Of a DNA stretch of 64,000 bases, positions 1 to 10,235 are shown piece after piece. Under the pieces are notes generated by a model that saw only the letters and a program-made list of their open reading frames with translations, ran no database searches and had not been told where the DNA came from. The stretch is from an uncultured Gammaproteobacteria bacterium (lineage in GTDB: Bacteria; Pseudomonadota; Gammaproteobacteria; Steroidobacterales; Rariloculaceae): assembly GCA_963841645.1 (NCBI GenBank), contig CAWJDS010000008.1:283954-347953 (forward strand), written 5' to 3'. A program made the translations under genes and the position numbers. The first letter of the stretch is position 1; the number at the start of each line of letters is the position of its first letter.

Positions 1-238
1 ACGCTGGACGATTCGTTAGCGTTCAGCATTCCGAACACGTGTCCGCGCGGGGTAGGCGCAGTCATTGAGGTACCGCGGACAGTCTAGCAATATTTCTTGC
101 GGCTCGTCCGAGCGAAGACCCGCCGATCTCGAGCGTAACGGATTATGCTCGGCGCACTTGACCTATCACTCTTGACCGCGAAAAAAGCGAGGAGAACACT
201 GTCGCGCGACAAACCTCAGCGATGGAAGAACAAATACA

Positions 239-997
239 ATGAACGCAGCGCAACAACTCAACCGAGTACGGCAGGCTTTCGACGCTAATTGGTCGCGAAT
301 CTATCGAAACCAGATGGACGCAGCGGTCGCCGCGAACAAGAGCGGGTCCTACCAGCACTTCGGACGTATCGTGGAGCAACTCTCCTCGTCATTCGGCCGA
401 CCGATCGTAGCGCTCGATTTGGGTTGCGGTACCGGGCGGCACTTCAATCGATTGAGAAACGTCGAGCGCCTAGTAGCCATCGATCTGTCCGAGCACATGA
501 TCGAACAGGCTCGTAACCCGATTTTCGCCGACAAGATCACCGTCGGATCGATCGAATACCTGGTCGGCGATATCTATAGCGAAGCGCTGAAAGAGTCGAC
601 GTTCGATCTGATCTATTGCATCGGCGTGGTCGGTGAGTACGTTCCGGTCGACGCCGCATTCTTGCGTCGCCTACACGCTCTGCTACAACCGGGCGGAGTT
701 GCGTTCTTCACGGCCACTGACGCGCACTCGCGTGTCAGCGTGCCCGAGAACGCTCCACCATCTTTGGTGCGGCGCGCGTTGTGCAAGGGATTCCCCATGC
801 TTCCCCCGCTCGCGCGTGAGTTGCTGAATCTCTACTTCTCACCGAGCTATACCACGCCGGCGCGAATGGAAAAATTGCTGCGAGCATCTCCGTTGTCTTG
901 TCACAGCTTGGTGCCATATGTCCATACGTCAGGATGGCGAGGCACGACCCTCGGATGTACGGTGCGGCGCGACAACGACCCTGGCAAAGCGGTCTGA
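239..997 (+). CDS. class I SAM-dependent methyltransferase
   Basis: Intact 252-aa ORF. SAM-binding motif I LDLGCGTGRH, then VAIDLS and LQPGGVAFF segments typical of the Rossmann-fold methyltransferase family. Substrate unknown. Confidence 0.7.
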   Translation: MNAAQQLNRVRQAFDANWSRIYRNQMDAAVAANKSGSYQHFGRIVEQLSSSFGRPIVALDLGCGTGRHFNRLRNVERLVAIDLSEHMIEQARNPIFADKITVGSIEYLVGDIYSEALKESTFDLIYCIGVVGEYVPVDAAFLRRLHALLQPGGVAFFTATDAHSRVSVPENAPPSLVRRALCKGFPMLPPLARELLNLYFSPSYTTPARMEKLLRASPLSCHSLVPYVHTSGWRGTTLGCTVRRDNDPGKAV

Positions 998-1473
998 CGA
1001 AAGCGATCAGGGTCGCCGAATTCCGCCTGCCATCTCCGGCCACGAAGTCGGAGGAGAGTGTTTTCTCTAGGGATCTGGCTGTCGGCATCCTCTGACGCGT
1101 TGCCGCCTACGATCCGCACGACGATCCCGACCGGACCGCGGACAAAGTCGAGGACCGGATCTCCATCAAAGAGCCGAGAGCGCGCTGCATCAGACTCTTG
1201 CAGGAAGCGCTCGGCGATCGCTTTACCAGCGGTTTCGCGAGCAGCCCGTTCACGTGCAAGTAGTACGGCGACCTAGTCGCGCCGGACAGCGTCACCTCTC
1301 AGCGGAACTACATCGCGACGTTAGAGGCGGCCGTCATGCTCGTCGAGAATCGAGATCTGCGCGAGTGCCTGATGTCGAACGACGCCGCCCATTACGAGGG
1401 ATACCTGGGCCGACTCGCTGATCAACAACGGCTGGCGCGTGAACGTTTGCGGTCGTAGCATGGACTCAACGCC

Positions 1474-2874
1474 ATGATTCCTCGCGTGCGACGCGTACCC
1501 CGATTGGCGGCCATCGCGGGCATCACCGTGCTCGTCGCGATCGGCCGGGACGCCGGCGCTTACCCGCCGCCGCCCCCGCCGCTCGATCTCTCGCACCTCG
1601 AGTTCGCACCCGCCTTGCCTGCCGGCGCCGTGCCCGTCTCCGCGGAGCGTGCGCTCGCATCGGCACGCCCGCAGCCGCAGAAAGCCGATCGCGCGCAGCT
1701 CGACAAAGCGGTCACGGAGCAGCTCGACCTGATCCATACCAAGGAGCAGGCCGATGGGATGTACTCGAAGGAGCTCGCGAGCGAGCTCTTGTCGCTCGCG
1801 GTCCTGTATCAGCAGCGCGGCGATCACCTCCTTGCGATCCCGGTGCTCGAGAGGGCGAGGCAGATCATTCGCTACAACGAAGGACTTTACTCGCTCGATC
1901 AGGTGCCGGTGGTCGAGCGCGCTCTTGCGAGCCGCGATGCGCTACACGACGGTAGCGTCGTCGATCAAACGGAAGACCAGTTGCTCGAGATCGCGCGTAA
2001 GAATCCGGACGACGCGCGCGTCGCGGACATCTACTACGAGCTCGCGAATCGGCACGTCGGCACCGTCGAACGGTTCTTGACCGACCCGTCGCAGCAGGAG
2101 CTCACCGTCACGCTGAACGTCAACGGCCTCGGGCCGCACCGCGAGACGCCCGAGGAAACAGCGTTGACGACCCTGGATGGGGCGCGCGACAGCTACGAGC
2201 TGGCAATTCGCTCCGTGGTGCGGCACCGGAGCCCGGATGGACCGAGCCTCAACGACGTCGAGGTCGGACTCGTGCGCAGCTACTACATCGAGGCGCAGAA
2301 CGTCAGCAAGCTCTCGCCGCTCGCGGCCCAGACGAGCAGCCGGCTCGGCAAGCCGCGCTACCAGGAGGGCATCCGCACGGCGCTGCACGAGCGCGGCGTC
2401 GAAAGCTACTGGCGCCGGATGCGATTCAGCGTGAAGGCGGAGCGGCCCGACGGCGAGCTCGCGGCCGAGCAGCTCGAGCTCGGCGATTGGCACCTGTTGT
2501 TCGACCAAGACGAGCTCGCGTTCGTGACCTACCGCAACGCGCGGCTGCTGCTCGAGCGCAGCGGCGCGACGCCGGCCGAGCTTCAGCAGTTTTTTTCCCC
2601 GACGTCGCCGACCGTACTGCCGACGTTCGCCGGCGACTTCGTCGGCGCGGACCAGGCGGCGGATTACCGCGGATACATCGATGTTGCGATCACGCTGAAC
2701 GGCGTCGGCAAGAGCACGCGATTCGACGTGACCGGGAAATCGCCGCAGACTCCGGACGAGATCGTGCACCGCCTCAAACGGCACGTGACCGAAAGCCGGT
2801 TCCGGCCGAGGTTCGAAGGCGACGGTTGGGCGCTCGAAGATCACGTCTCGCTTCGCTACTACTTCACGTATTAG
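1474..2874 (+). CDS. hypothetical exported protein (no family recognised)
   Basis: Intact 466-aa ORF with genome-typical codon bias. N-terminus is basic then hydrophobic ([15 protein letters not shown]), followed by a PPPPPP run. The last ~70 aa ([16 protein letters not shown]...SLRYYFTY) loosely resemble a TonB-C-type beta-alpha-beta module; that is inference only. Confidence 0.5.
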   Translation: MIPRVRRVPRLAAIAGITVLVAIGRDAGAYPPPPPPLDLSHLEFAPALPAGAVPVSAERALASARPQPQKADRAQLDKAVTEQLDLIHTKEQADGMYSKELASELLSLAVLYQQRGDHLLAIPVLERARQIIRYNEGLYSLDQVPVVERALASRDALHDGSVVDQTEDQLLEIARKNPDDARVADIYYELANRHVGTVERFLTDPSQQELTVTLNVNGLGPHRETPEETALTTLDGARDSYELAIRSVVRHRSPDGPSLNDVEVGLVRSYYIEAQNVSKLSPLAAQTSSRLGKPRYQEGIRTALHERGVESYWRRMRFSVKAERPDGELAAEQLELGDWHLLFDQDELAFVTYRNARLLLERSGATPAELQQFFSPTSPTVLPTFAGDFVGADQAADYRGYIDVAITLNGVGKSTRFDVTGKSPQTPDEIVHRLKRHVTESRFRPRFEGDGWALEDHVSLRYYFTY

Positions 2875-2975
2875 CCGCGCCGCAGGCGCCAGTCACCGCT
2901 TCGCTCGGAAGCATACGCAGCCGCTTCGGACCGCACGGCGCCTCGGGCCGCGCCCATCGCCTATACTCTGCGCCC

Positions 2976-3737
2976 ATGCATCCTGATGACCGCGAAGCCC
3001 GCGAGGCGGACTTCGGCTTTGAGCGCGTGCCCTGGGGGGAGAAGAGGCTGCGCGTGCGCGGCGTGTTCGACTCCGTCGCGTCGCGCTACGACCTCATGAA
3101 CGACGTGATGTCGGTCGGGCTGCACCGGCTCTGGAAGCGGTTCACGCTCGCGAAGACCGGCTTGCTCGCAGGCCAAGCGGCGCTCGATGTTGCCGCGGGC
3201 AGCGGCGACCTTGCGATCGGGCTCGCCCAGCGCGTCGGCCGCAGCGGGCGCGTGGTCGTGACCGACATCAACGCGAAGATGCTCGGGGTCGGTCGCGACC
3301 GCATGCTCGACGCCGGCCACGCTGGCAACGTCGACTACGTGCTCTGCGACGCCGAGGCTCTGCCGTTCGCGAGCTCGTCGTTCCACTGCGCGACGATCGG
3401 CTTCGGCCTGCGCAACGTGACCGACAAGGACCGCGCGCTCGCGAGCCTGTTCCAAGTGCTCAAACCGGGCGGGCGCCTGCTAGTGCTCGAGTTCTCGAAG
3501 GCCGATCTGGGCCCCTCGCGCCGCTCTACGAGATCGTACTCGATGCAGGTATTGCCGCGACTCGGTGCGCTGCTCGCGAACGACCCGGCGAGCTATCGCT
3601 ATCTCGCCGAGTCGATCCGCCGTCATCCCGATCAGGAGACGCTGAAGGGCATGATGGAACGTGCGGGATTCGAGCGCTGCTCGTACTACAACTTGAGCGG
3701 CGGCATCGTCGCGCTGCACGTCGGCTTCAAGCTCTGA
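2976..3737 (+). CDS. ubiE: ubiquinone/menaquinone C-methyltransferase UbiE
   Basis: In-frame ATG at 2976 inside ORF 2487..3737. [33 protein letters not shown] and [17 protein letters not shown] match UbiE/MenG. About 3505-3540 reads SRRSTRS, whereas the +1 frame gives the expected PLAPLYE, so a compensated indel pair is possible. Confidence 0.9.
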   Translation: MHPDDREAREADFGFERVPWGEKRLRVRGVFDSVASRYDLMNDVMSVGLHRLWKRFTLAKTGLLAGQAALDVAAGSGDLAIGLAQRVGRSGRVVVTDINAKMLGVGRDRMLDAGHAGNVDYVLCDAEALPFASSSFHCATIGFGLRNVTDKDRALASLFQVLKPGGRLLVLEFSKADLGPSRRSTRSYSMQVLPRLGALLANDPASYRYLAESIRRHPDQETLKGMMERAGFERCSYYNLSGGIVALHVGFKL

Positions 3738-3747
3738 CCTCCAAGCG

Positions 3748-4528
3748 ATGACCAGTGGCCCTCAACTTCCGCTCGCGCGCGAGCTCGCCGCCATGCTGGA
3801 GCGTGCGCTGAACCGCTGAGATCGCCGAGTCGACCCCCGCGAGGGATCTCGTCGCCGACCTCGACGGCAAGAGCTTCGCGATCGACGTGCGCGGGCTCGG
3901 CATGAGCTGCGTACTGCGCGCGCGGAAGGTCGGGTGACCGTTCAGCTTCGATGGCAGGCGGCCGCGCAGAGTCGCTCCCGAGACACGCCGGAAGTCCATC
4001 CCTGGGGCTCTGTTCGCACATCCCTGTGCTCACAAGGTCTCGGGAGCGACTCTGCGCGGCCGCCTGCCACCGAGGCTGCGCAACCGCCTGCCACTGCGTC
4101 AGCCGCCCAGTCCGCGCGTCCGATTTCCGCGACGCTGAGCGCGACGCCGATCGATCTGCTGCGCCTCGCGCGCTCGGCGGACCTGTCGACGCTGCGCGGC
4201 ACGCTGGCCGAGATCAAAGGCTCGCCCGAGGTCGCGGAGCGCTTCGCGAAGCTCTTGAAGCTCGCGCGCCCGGATCTCGAGGAGTACGCGTCGCCGCTGG
4301 CTCGGCGACGTCCCCGCTCACGCGCTCGGTGAAGCGGCGCGCGCTGCCGGCGCGTGGCTCGAGCGCGCCGCGAACGCGCTGCGCGCGAACACGGCCGAGT
4401 TCCTGCAAGAGGAGAGCCGTGCGTTGCCCGCCACGCTCGAGGTGCAGGCGTTCTATTCCGACGTCGAGCGGCTGCGCGACGGCGTCGAGCGCGCGGCCGC
4501 GCGGCTCGCGCGACTCGAACGTCGATGA
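3748..4528 (+). CDS. ubiJ: ubiquinone biosynthesis accessory factor UbiJ (SCP2 domain), reading frame interrupted
   Basis: Lies between ubiE and ubiB. The SCP2-like N-part ([23 protein letters not shown]), the middle part ([36 protein letters not shown]) and the C-part ([39 protein letters not shown]) lie in different frames. TGA 4526-4528 overlaps the ubiB ATG. Contains the palindrome 3940-4081. Confidence 0.6.
3940..4081. repeat. long palindrome/hairpin: perfect 32-bp inverted repeat (3953-3984 / 4037-4068) around a 52-nt loop, with imperfect extension to about 45 bp
   Basis: Left arm GGCAGGCGGCCGCGCAGAGTCGCTCCCGAGAC. Right arm GTCTCGGGAGCGACTCTGCGCGGCCGCCTGCC is its exact reverse complement (checked base by base). 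Flanks 3940-3952 / 4069-4081 add 9 Watson-Crick and 2 G-U pairs out of 13. The loop carries a short direct repeat, CATCCCTG(G)GGCTC / CATCCCTGTGCTC. Confidence 0.9.
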
Positions 4529-6176
4529 CGAACTTGCGCCGCCGCGTGCGCCTACTGCTGCAGGATGCTCGCGATCCAGCGCGCGCTCGTGCGCCATGGC
4601 CTCGACGAGGTCGTCTGGCGCGCGCACCTGCTTCGCCCGATCGCCTGGGTGCGCAAGATCCTGCCGCGGCGCAAGCCGACGCAGCGGCTCGGCGTGCGCC
4701 TGCGGCTCGCGCTCGAGGAGCTCGGGCCGATCTTCGTCAAGTTCGGCCAGATGCTGTCGGTGCGGCCCGACTTGCTCGATCCCGAGGTCGCGGCGGAGCT
4801 CGCGAAGCTCCAGGACCAAGTGCCGCCGTTCGCAGGCTCGCTCGCGGTGGAGGCGCTCGAGCGCGCGTTCGGCCGCAAGGTCGGCGAGATGTTCGCGGAG
4901 TTCGACACGACACCGCTCGCGGCCGCGTCGATCGCGCAGGTGCACACGGCACGCCTGCAGCGACGGGCAGGCCGTCGTCGTGAAGGTGCTGCGGCCGAAC
5001 GTCGCGGCGCTGATCGCGCGCGACGTCGAAGTGCTGTATGCGGTTGCGCGGCTCGCCGAGGCGTACTGGCCGGAAGCTCGGCGCCTGCATCCGCGCGAGA
5101 TCGTCGCCGAGTTCGAGAAGACGCTCGGCAACGAGCTCGATCTCATGCGCGAGGCCGCGAACGCCGCGCAGCTCGAGCGCAACTTCGCCGGCTCCAACCT
5201 GCTCTACGTGCCGAAGGTCTATTGGGACTACTGCCGGCCGAACGTGCTCACGCTCGAGCGGATCTTCGGCGTGCAAGTCGACGATCTCGCCGCGCTGCGC
5301 GCAGCGGGCACCGATATCCGGCGGCTCGCCGAGAACGGCGTCGAGATCTTCTTCACGCAAGTCTTCCGCCACAATTTTTTTCACGCCGACATGCACCCCG
5401 GCAACATCTTCGTCGACGTGACGGATCCGCTCGCGCCGAAGTACGTCGCGGTCGACTTCGGCATCGTCGGCACGCTCGACGAGCGCGACCAAAACTATCT
5501 CGCCGAGAACTTCCTCGCGTTCTTCAGGCGCGACTACCGGCGCGTCGCCGCGCTGCACATCGACTCGGGCTGGGTGCCGCCGGGCACGCGGCTCGACGAG
5601 CTCGAGGCCGCCGTGCGCTCCGTTTGCGAGCCGATCTTCAACAAGCCTCTGAAGGACATCTCGTTCGGCATGGTGCTGCTGCGTCTCTTTCAGACCGCGC
5701 GCCAGTTCAACATGGAGGTGCAGCCGCAGCTCGTGTTGCTCCAGAAGACGCTGCTCGCGATCGAGGGGCTCGGCCGCCAGCTCTACCCCGAGCTCGATCT
5801 GTGGACGACCGCGAAGCCGGTGCTCGAGCAGTGGATGCGCGAGCGCCACGACCCGCGCACGCAGCTCAAGCGGCTGATCGAGGCGTGGCCTGAGATCAGC
5901 GAGGACCTGAGCATGCTGCCGCGGCTACTCCATCGCGCGATCCGACGCGCCGAGGCCCGCGAAGCCGACGAGCGGCTGACCGGCGCGAACCCGCGCGCAC
6001 GCGGCGACACGCATGCGCTGGTTTCGGCGCGCGCTCGCCGGCTCGAGCGCACGATCGTGGGCGCTTCGCTATTGCTCGCGGGCGTCGTCTGGAGCGGGCT
6101 GTCGGCGCCGCATTGGATCGGGTGGGTCGCGTCGGCGGCTGGGCTCGTGCTATTGCTCGCGGCGCGACGCGACTAG
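4525..6176 (+). CDS. ubiB: ubiquinone biosynthesis regulatory kinase-like protein UbiB, reading frame interrupted (~4562 and ~4960)
   Basis: [13 protein letters not shown] (ATG 4525), then [44 protein letters not shown] in the frame of ORF 4565. It continues as [14 protein letters not shown]...[11 protein letters not shown]...DFGIVG in the frame of ORF 3951..6176. C-terminal TM segment present. Confidence 0.9.
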
Positions 6177-6191
6177 CGCGTCGCCGGCGGG

Positions 6192-6569
6192 GTGAGCCCA
6201 ATGGGAAGAAAGCGGGTTCCGATGGATTTCGACGCCGTTCGCGAGATCGCTCTCGCGCTGCCGGGCGTCGAGGAAAGCACGAGCTCGCGCGGCACGTCGC
6301 TGAAGGTTGCGGGGCGACTCTTGTGCTGCCCCGCGATTCACGGCTCGGCGGAGCCGAGCTCGCTGATGGTCAGAGTGAGTGCCGAGCAGCGCGAGCGCTT
6401 GCTCGCGACCGAGCCCGACGCGTACTACCTGACGGAACACTATGTCGGTTACCCGTCGATTCTCGTTCGGCTGTCGCGGGTGAGCCGTGACTCGCTTCGA
6501 GACCTGCTCGCGAGCGCGGCGCTTGAGATCGGCGAGAAGAAGCGCAAGCGCAAGAGTAGCCGGCAGTGA
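6192..6569 (+). CDS. MmcQ/YjbR-family protein
   Basis: Intact ORF. The pattern FDAVREIALALPGVEE....G..SLKVAGRLL...EPDAYYLTEHY resembles the MmcQ/YjbR family. The true start may be ATG 6201 or 6222. The stop overlaps the next gene (GTGA). Confidence 0.55.
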   Translation: MSPMGRKRVPMDFDAVREIALALPGVEESTSSRGTSLKVAGRLLCCPAIHGSAEPSSLMVRVSAEQRERLLATEPDAYYLTEHYVGYPSILVRLSRVSRDSLRDLLASAALEIGEKKRKRKSSRQ

Positions 6570-7222
6570 CTCACCTCGTGATGTTCGACATCGACGGCAC
6601 GCTCGTCGATTCAATGCGCGTGGACTCGCATCTCTACGCGCGCGCCGTCCGCGAGACGCTCGGCGGCGACGTCTATATCGACGAGACGTGGCGGCCATAC
6701 GTCCACGTCACGGACGGCGGTATCCTCGACGAAATCCTCGCGCAGCATCGCTTCGAAGAGCCGCGCGACGAGCTCCGTTCCGCGGTGAAACGACGCTTCA
6801 TCGAGCTCGTGCGCGGCCACGTCGACGCGGGGGCGACGGAACTTCGCGAGATCCGGGGCGCCACTGCGCTGCTGCAGGAGCTGCGCGCGCGGCCTGACGT
6901 GCGCGTCGCGATCGCGACGGGCGGCTGGGCCGAGACCGCGCTGATGAAGCTCGCGGCGATCGGCGTGAGCCTCGACGGGATCGGCTTCGCAAGCAGCTCC
7001 GACGCCCACCAGCGAACGAAGATCATGGAGCTGGCCGCGCAGCGTGCGCTGCGCGGCGTCGTGCCGACGACGCGAACCTATCTCGGCGACGGCGCCTGGG
7101 ACCAGCGCGCGAGCGCCGAGCTCGGCTATCGGTTCATCGCGATCGGCCGCGCGCTCGATCACGAGCCGCGGTTCGACGACTATATGGATCGCGCCGCCGT
7201 GCTCGCGAGCCTGGCCGTGTGA
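6566..7222 (+). CDS. HAD-family hydrolase
   Basis: Intact 218-aa ORF. HAD motif I is VMFDIDGTLVDS; later segments are IATGG and YLGDGAWD (motif IV-like). Confidence 0.75.
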   Translation: MTHLVMFDIDGTLVDSMRVDSHLYARAVRETLGGDVYIDETWRPYVHVTDGGILDEILAQHRFEEPRDELRSAVKRRFIELVRGHVDAGATELREIRGATALLQELRARPDVRVAIATGGWAETALMKLAAIGVSLDGIGFASSSDAHQRTKIMELAAQRALRGVVPTTRTYLGDGAWDQRASAELGYRFIAIGRALDHEPRFDDYMDRAAVLASLAV

Positions 7223-7304
7223 GACCCTGACGGCACACCGCCGTCGCGCAGCCGACAAGCCCGGCCATTGATCGCGACTCCGAGTCCGCCGATCATTCCG
7301 CCCC

Positions 7305-7925
7305 ATGCCAACGATCTATCCGCTGTTCTCGGCGCCGGTCTACGTCAACAACGTCGGTGAGTTCGAGAAGCCGAGTCTCGCGGCTTTGCAGTTCACGTCG
7401 ACCATGGCCGACGGCACGCCGTACAACTTCCTGAGCACGGTGGACAAGAACGTCCTCGACCGCCCGGACTTCAAGCCCGTCCGCGATGTCGTCGTGCGCG
7501 AGCTCGATCGCTACACGCGCGAGCTGCTCGCGGTCAACAAGAGCATCGAGTTCTATCTCACGAACTCGTGGATCAACGTTCATCGGCGCGGGCACTCGGC
7601 CGGCGCGCACATGCACCACAACTCATTGATCTCCGGCGTGCTGTACCTGAGGACGAACGACTCGAGCGGCGACATCGTGTTCCATCGCGACGTGTTGAGC
7701 CTCGTGCCGTTTCCACCGGCGCTCGATCTCGACATCGATTCGTTCAATCTCTACAACTGCAAGAGCTGGGGCTACAAGCCGAAGACGAACGACATCTGCC
7801 TGTTCCCGTCGGTCGTCAATCACTCGGTCGATCCGAACCAATCCGACGAGGAGCGCGTCTCGCTCGCGTTCAACGTCTACGTGCGCGGCGAGTTCGGCGC
7901 GCTGCACAAGCTCAGCATCAAGTAG
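7305..7925 (+). CDS. putative 2OG-Fe(II) oxygenase-like protein (TIGR02466-type conserved hypothetical)
   Basis: Intact 206-aa ORF. HRRGHSAGAHMHHNSLISGVLYL and the later FPSVVNHSV give an HxH...H metal-ligand-like pattern, as in the PF13759-type family. Recognised from memory, not searched. Confidence 0.55.
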   Translation: MPTIYPLFSAPVYVNNVGEFEKPSLAALQFTSTMADGTPYNFLSTVDKNVLDRPDFKPVRDVVVRELDRYTRELLAVNKSIEFYLTNSWINVHRRGHSAGAHMHHNSLISGVLYLRTNDSSGDIVFHRDVLSLVPFPPALDLDIDSFNLYNCKSWGYKPKTNDICLFPSVVNHSVDPNQSDEERVSLAFNVYVRGEFGALHKLSIK

Positions 7926-7945
7926 ATATCCATACGAGGATCGCT

Positions 7946-8505
7946 ATGACCGAGCTCGCCGAGTGGGAAAGCTTCTACATCATCGTCGGTCCGTCGGCGG
8001 GCGCGCTGATTGGCCTGCAGTTCGTCGTGCTGACGCTGATCGGCGAGCGGCCGACGATGCGCGTCGCGGAGGCCGGCGCCGCATTCATCACGCCGATGAT
8101 CGTGCATTACCAGATCGTGTTGTTGTTATCCGCGATACTGCTCGCGCCCTGGCATTCGATCACGCCGATCTCGATCATCTGGGGCGCGGTCGGCGTCATC
8201 GGCTTCGTCTATCAGTGCGTCGTCTTGCGGCGCATGCGGAGAGCAGGCGGCGTACAAGCCGGGCTTCGAGGACTGGCTGTTTTACGTCGTGCTGCCGTTC
8301 GGCGCCTATCTGCTGCTCGCTCTGTCGGCGTTCGCAGCGCCCGCTCACGAGCGCGAGGCCGTGTTCGCGGTCGGCGCGGCTACCGCGCTGATGCTCTTCG
8401 CGGGCATCCACAACTCGTGGGACAGCATCTCGTATCACGTGTTCGTGACGCGAAACAGACCGCCGGCGGAGCGGTCGAGACGCGTCGGGGGGGCGCGAAC
8501 GCTAG
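7946..8505 (+). CDS. hypothetical multi-pass membrane protein, reading frame interrupted
   Basis: AGGA 6 nt upstream of ATG 7946. Four hydrophobic segments. Frame change near 8240 (..VLRRMRR | ..YKPGFEDWLFYVVLPFGAYLL). No in-frame stop as given; removing one G from the G7 run at 8487-8493 gives TAG 8503-8505, sharing CTAG with the convergent gene. Confidence 0.4.
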
Positions 8506-9236
8506 ACGACCTTCGTTTCTCCGCCGAGCGCGGCCATCGTCGCGACGATCTTCTCGGCGACGCGGTCGATCAGCGCGCGGTCCGTGCCGCGCACGACGAG
8601 CGTCGCGCCGAGCCGGCCGTCGCGGTTGAACGGATAGCTGCCGATCTCGACGGCCGCGTTCGCGCTCTGGATCTGAGTGAGCTGCTCGGCGAAGTCTCCT
8701 TCGCGCAGGTAGACATCGACGCTCGCGGACAAGATCGGCGAGCCCTTTACGAGCATCGGCACGGCGCTCGCGAACATCGCGCGCGCAATGCTCGGGATGC
8801 CCGCGAACACGAACACGTTGTCCATCCTGAACCCGGGTGCGCCGCTCACGGAGTTCGCGACGAGCTCGGCGCCGCGCGGCACGCGCGCCATCTTCAGGCG
8901 CGCGTCGTTCAACGGGCGGCCGCCGCGCTTCAAGATCTCGACCGCTTCGGGATCGAGCACGAGCTCGACGCCGAACGCGAGCGCGACGCACTCGGCCGTG
9001 ATGTCGTCGTGCGTGGGACCGATGCCGCCGGTCGTGAATACGTACGTGAACTTAGCGCGGCACTCGTTCAAGTGCCTCACGATCGCCTCGGGCACGTCGC
9101 GCACCACGCGCGCTTCCTCGAGACGGATTCCGAGCTTCGCGAGCTCGAAGCCGAGGAACTGGATGTTCGCGTCCTGCGTTTTGCCCGACAGAATCTCGTT
9201 GCCGATGATCAAGATGCACGCGGTCGGTTGACTCAT
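8502..9236 (-). CDS. CinA-like molybdopterin-binding (MoCF biosynthesis) domain protein
   Basis: Internal ATG at 9236 is preceded by AAGGAG. ACILIIGNEILSGKTQDANIQFL and TTGGIGPTHDDIT are hallmarks of the CinA N-terminal/MoaB-MogA-like domain. 244 aa. Confidence 0.75.
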   Translation of the reverse strand: MSQPTACILIIGNEILSGKTQDANIQFLGFELAKLGIRLEEARVVRDVPEAIVRHLNECRAKFTYVFTTGGIGPTHDDITAECVALAFGVELVLDPEAVEILKRGGRPLNDARLKMARVPRGAELVANSVSGAPGFRMDNVFVFAGIPSIARAMFASAVPMLVKGSPILSASVDVYLREGDFAEQLTQIQSANAAVEIGSYPFNRDGRLGATLVVRGTDRALIDRVAEKIVATMAALGGETKVV

Positions 9237-10232
9237 TCCGAAACGGCTCCTTCGTTTTTCTCGCGCTGGCGGCTCGGGCGCCGGCGGCGCGGGCGGCACG
9301 AGCGCGAGCTCGGCGAGAATCGGATAGTGGTCCGAGCCGAACGCCGGCAGCCCGCGGTGGCGGACGATCACGACGCCGCGGCTCACCGCGCAATGATCGA
9401 TCGGGACGCCGACGATCGGCAACTGCACCGGCCAGCTGGGGCTGAGCGTGCGCCCGCGGCGAGTATCGGTGAGCCCGGTGCGTTCGAGCCAATCTTGGAA
9501 CAACGGCGAGTACGGCGTGATGTTCAAGTCGCCGACGACGACTAGCGGTCCGGTCACGCGCGCGACGCGCGTCGCGAGAGAGTCGAGCTGGCTGTTGCGC
9601 ACCGCGGCGCGCCACGGAGTCGTCGGCGACGCCAAGTGCGTGCCGATCACCATGAGCGGACCATCGGGTGTCCGGACGCTCGCCTGCACACCGTACGAGG
9701 GGCCGACCGGTATCGCTTTGCTCGAGTCGAACGCGAAGCGGGAGAAGAGCGCGATACCCCAGGGGCTCTTCACCGGCCCTTCGAGGTGGTACGGATAAGC
9801 GGCGCGCAGCTCGCCCACCTGCGCGGCCCACTCGGGCGTGTACTCGACGAGTAGCACGATGTCGGGCGATTCCTCTCGCACGATCTCGAGCAGCCGCTTC
9901 GCGGAGTGATTCTCGAACAGCACGTTCGCGGACAGGACCTTGATCGTGTGCTGCGAAACGGGCGCTGCCGCGACGGCATCGATCGGCAGAGCCACGTACG
10001 GCAGCACCGGCCGTGCGCTGAACACGGCGCAGGCCGCGAGTGCGAGACACCAGATGGGCTTGCGCTGGAGCGCGCACGCGACCGCGAGCAGCGCGTCCAC
10101 GGCGACGTACTGCACGCGGAAATTCGCCGCGAGGTCGAAGGCCCAACCGTACCGCGCGCCGAGAGGCATCAGGCTCGCGATCACCGCGGCCACGGCGGCA
10201 TAGGTCACTAGTCGCTCGAGTCGTCTTCCCAA
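9233..10232 (-). CDS. endonuclease/exonuclease/phosphatase (EEP) family membrane protein
   Basis: N-terminal TM helices, then IKVLSANVLFEN, VVVGDLNITP and GSDHYPILAEL motifs. As given the ORF runs straight into the CinA-like gene. A +1 frame gives a TGA overlapping ATG 9236 (ATGA), so the stop was probably lost to an indel. Confidence 0.7.
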
Positions 10233-10235
10233 GTC

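Noticed and set aside
3951-6176. A 741-aa ORF suggesting a very large UbiB with a novel N-terminal domain
   Set aside because: The first ~330 codons are Arg/Ala/Ser-rich out-of-frame read-through of ubiJ and the ubiB 5' part. The genuine UbiB N-terminus is in other frames (ATG 4525, then the frame of ORF 4565).
8502-10232. A single 576-aa ORF that looks like a novel EEP-nuclease/CinA-domain fusion protein
   Set aside because: The CinA-like part has its own ATG (9236) preceded by AAGGAG. In the +1 frame the EEP gene ends at a TGA overlapping that ATG (ATGA), exactly like a dozen other junctions here. The missing stop is best explained by one of the pervasive indels near the EEP 3' end.
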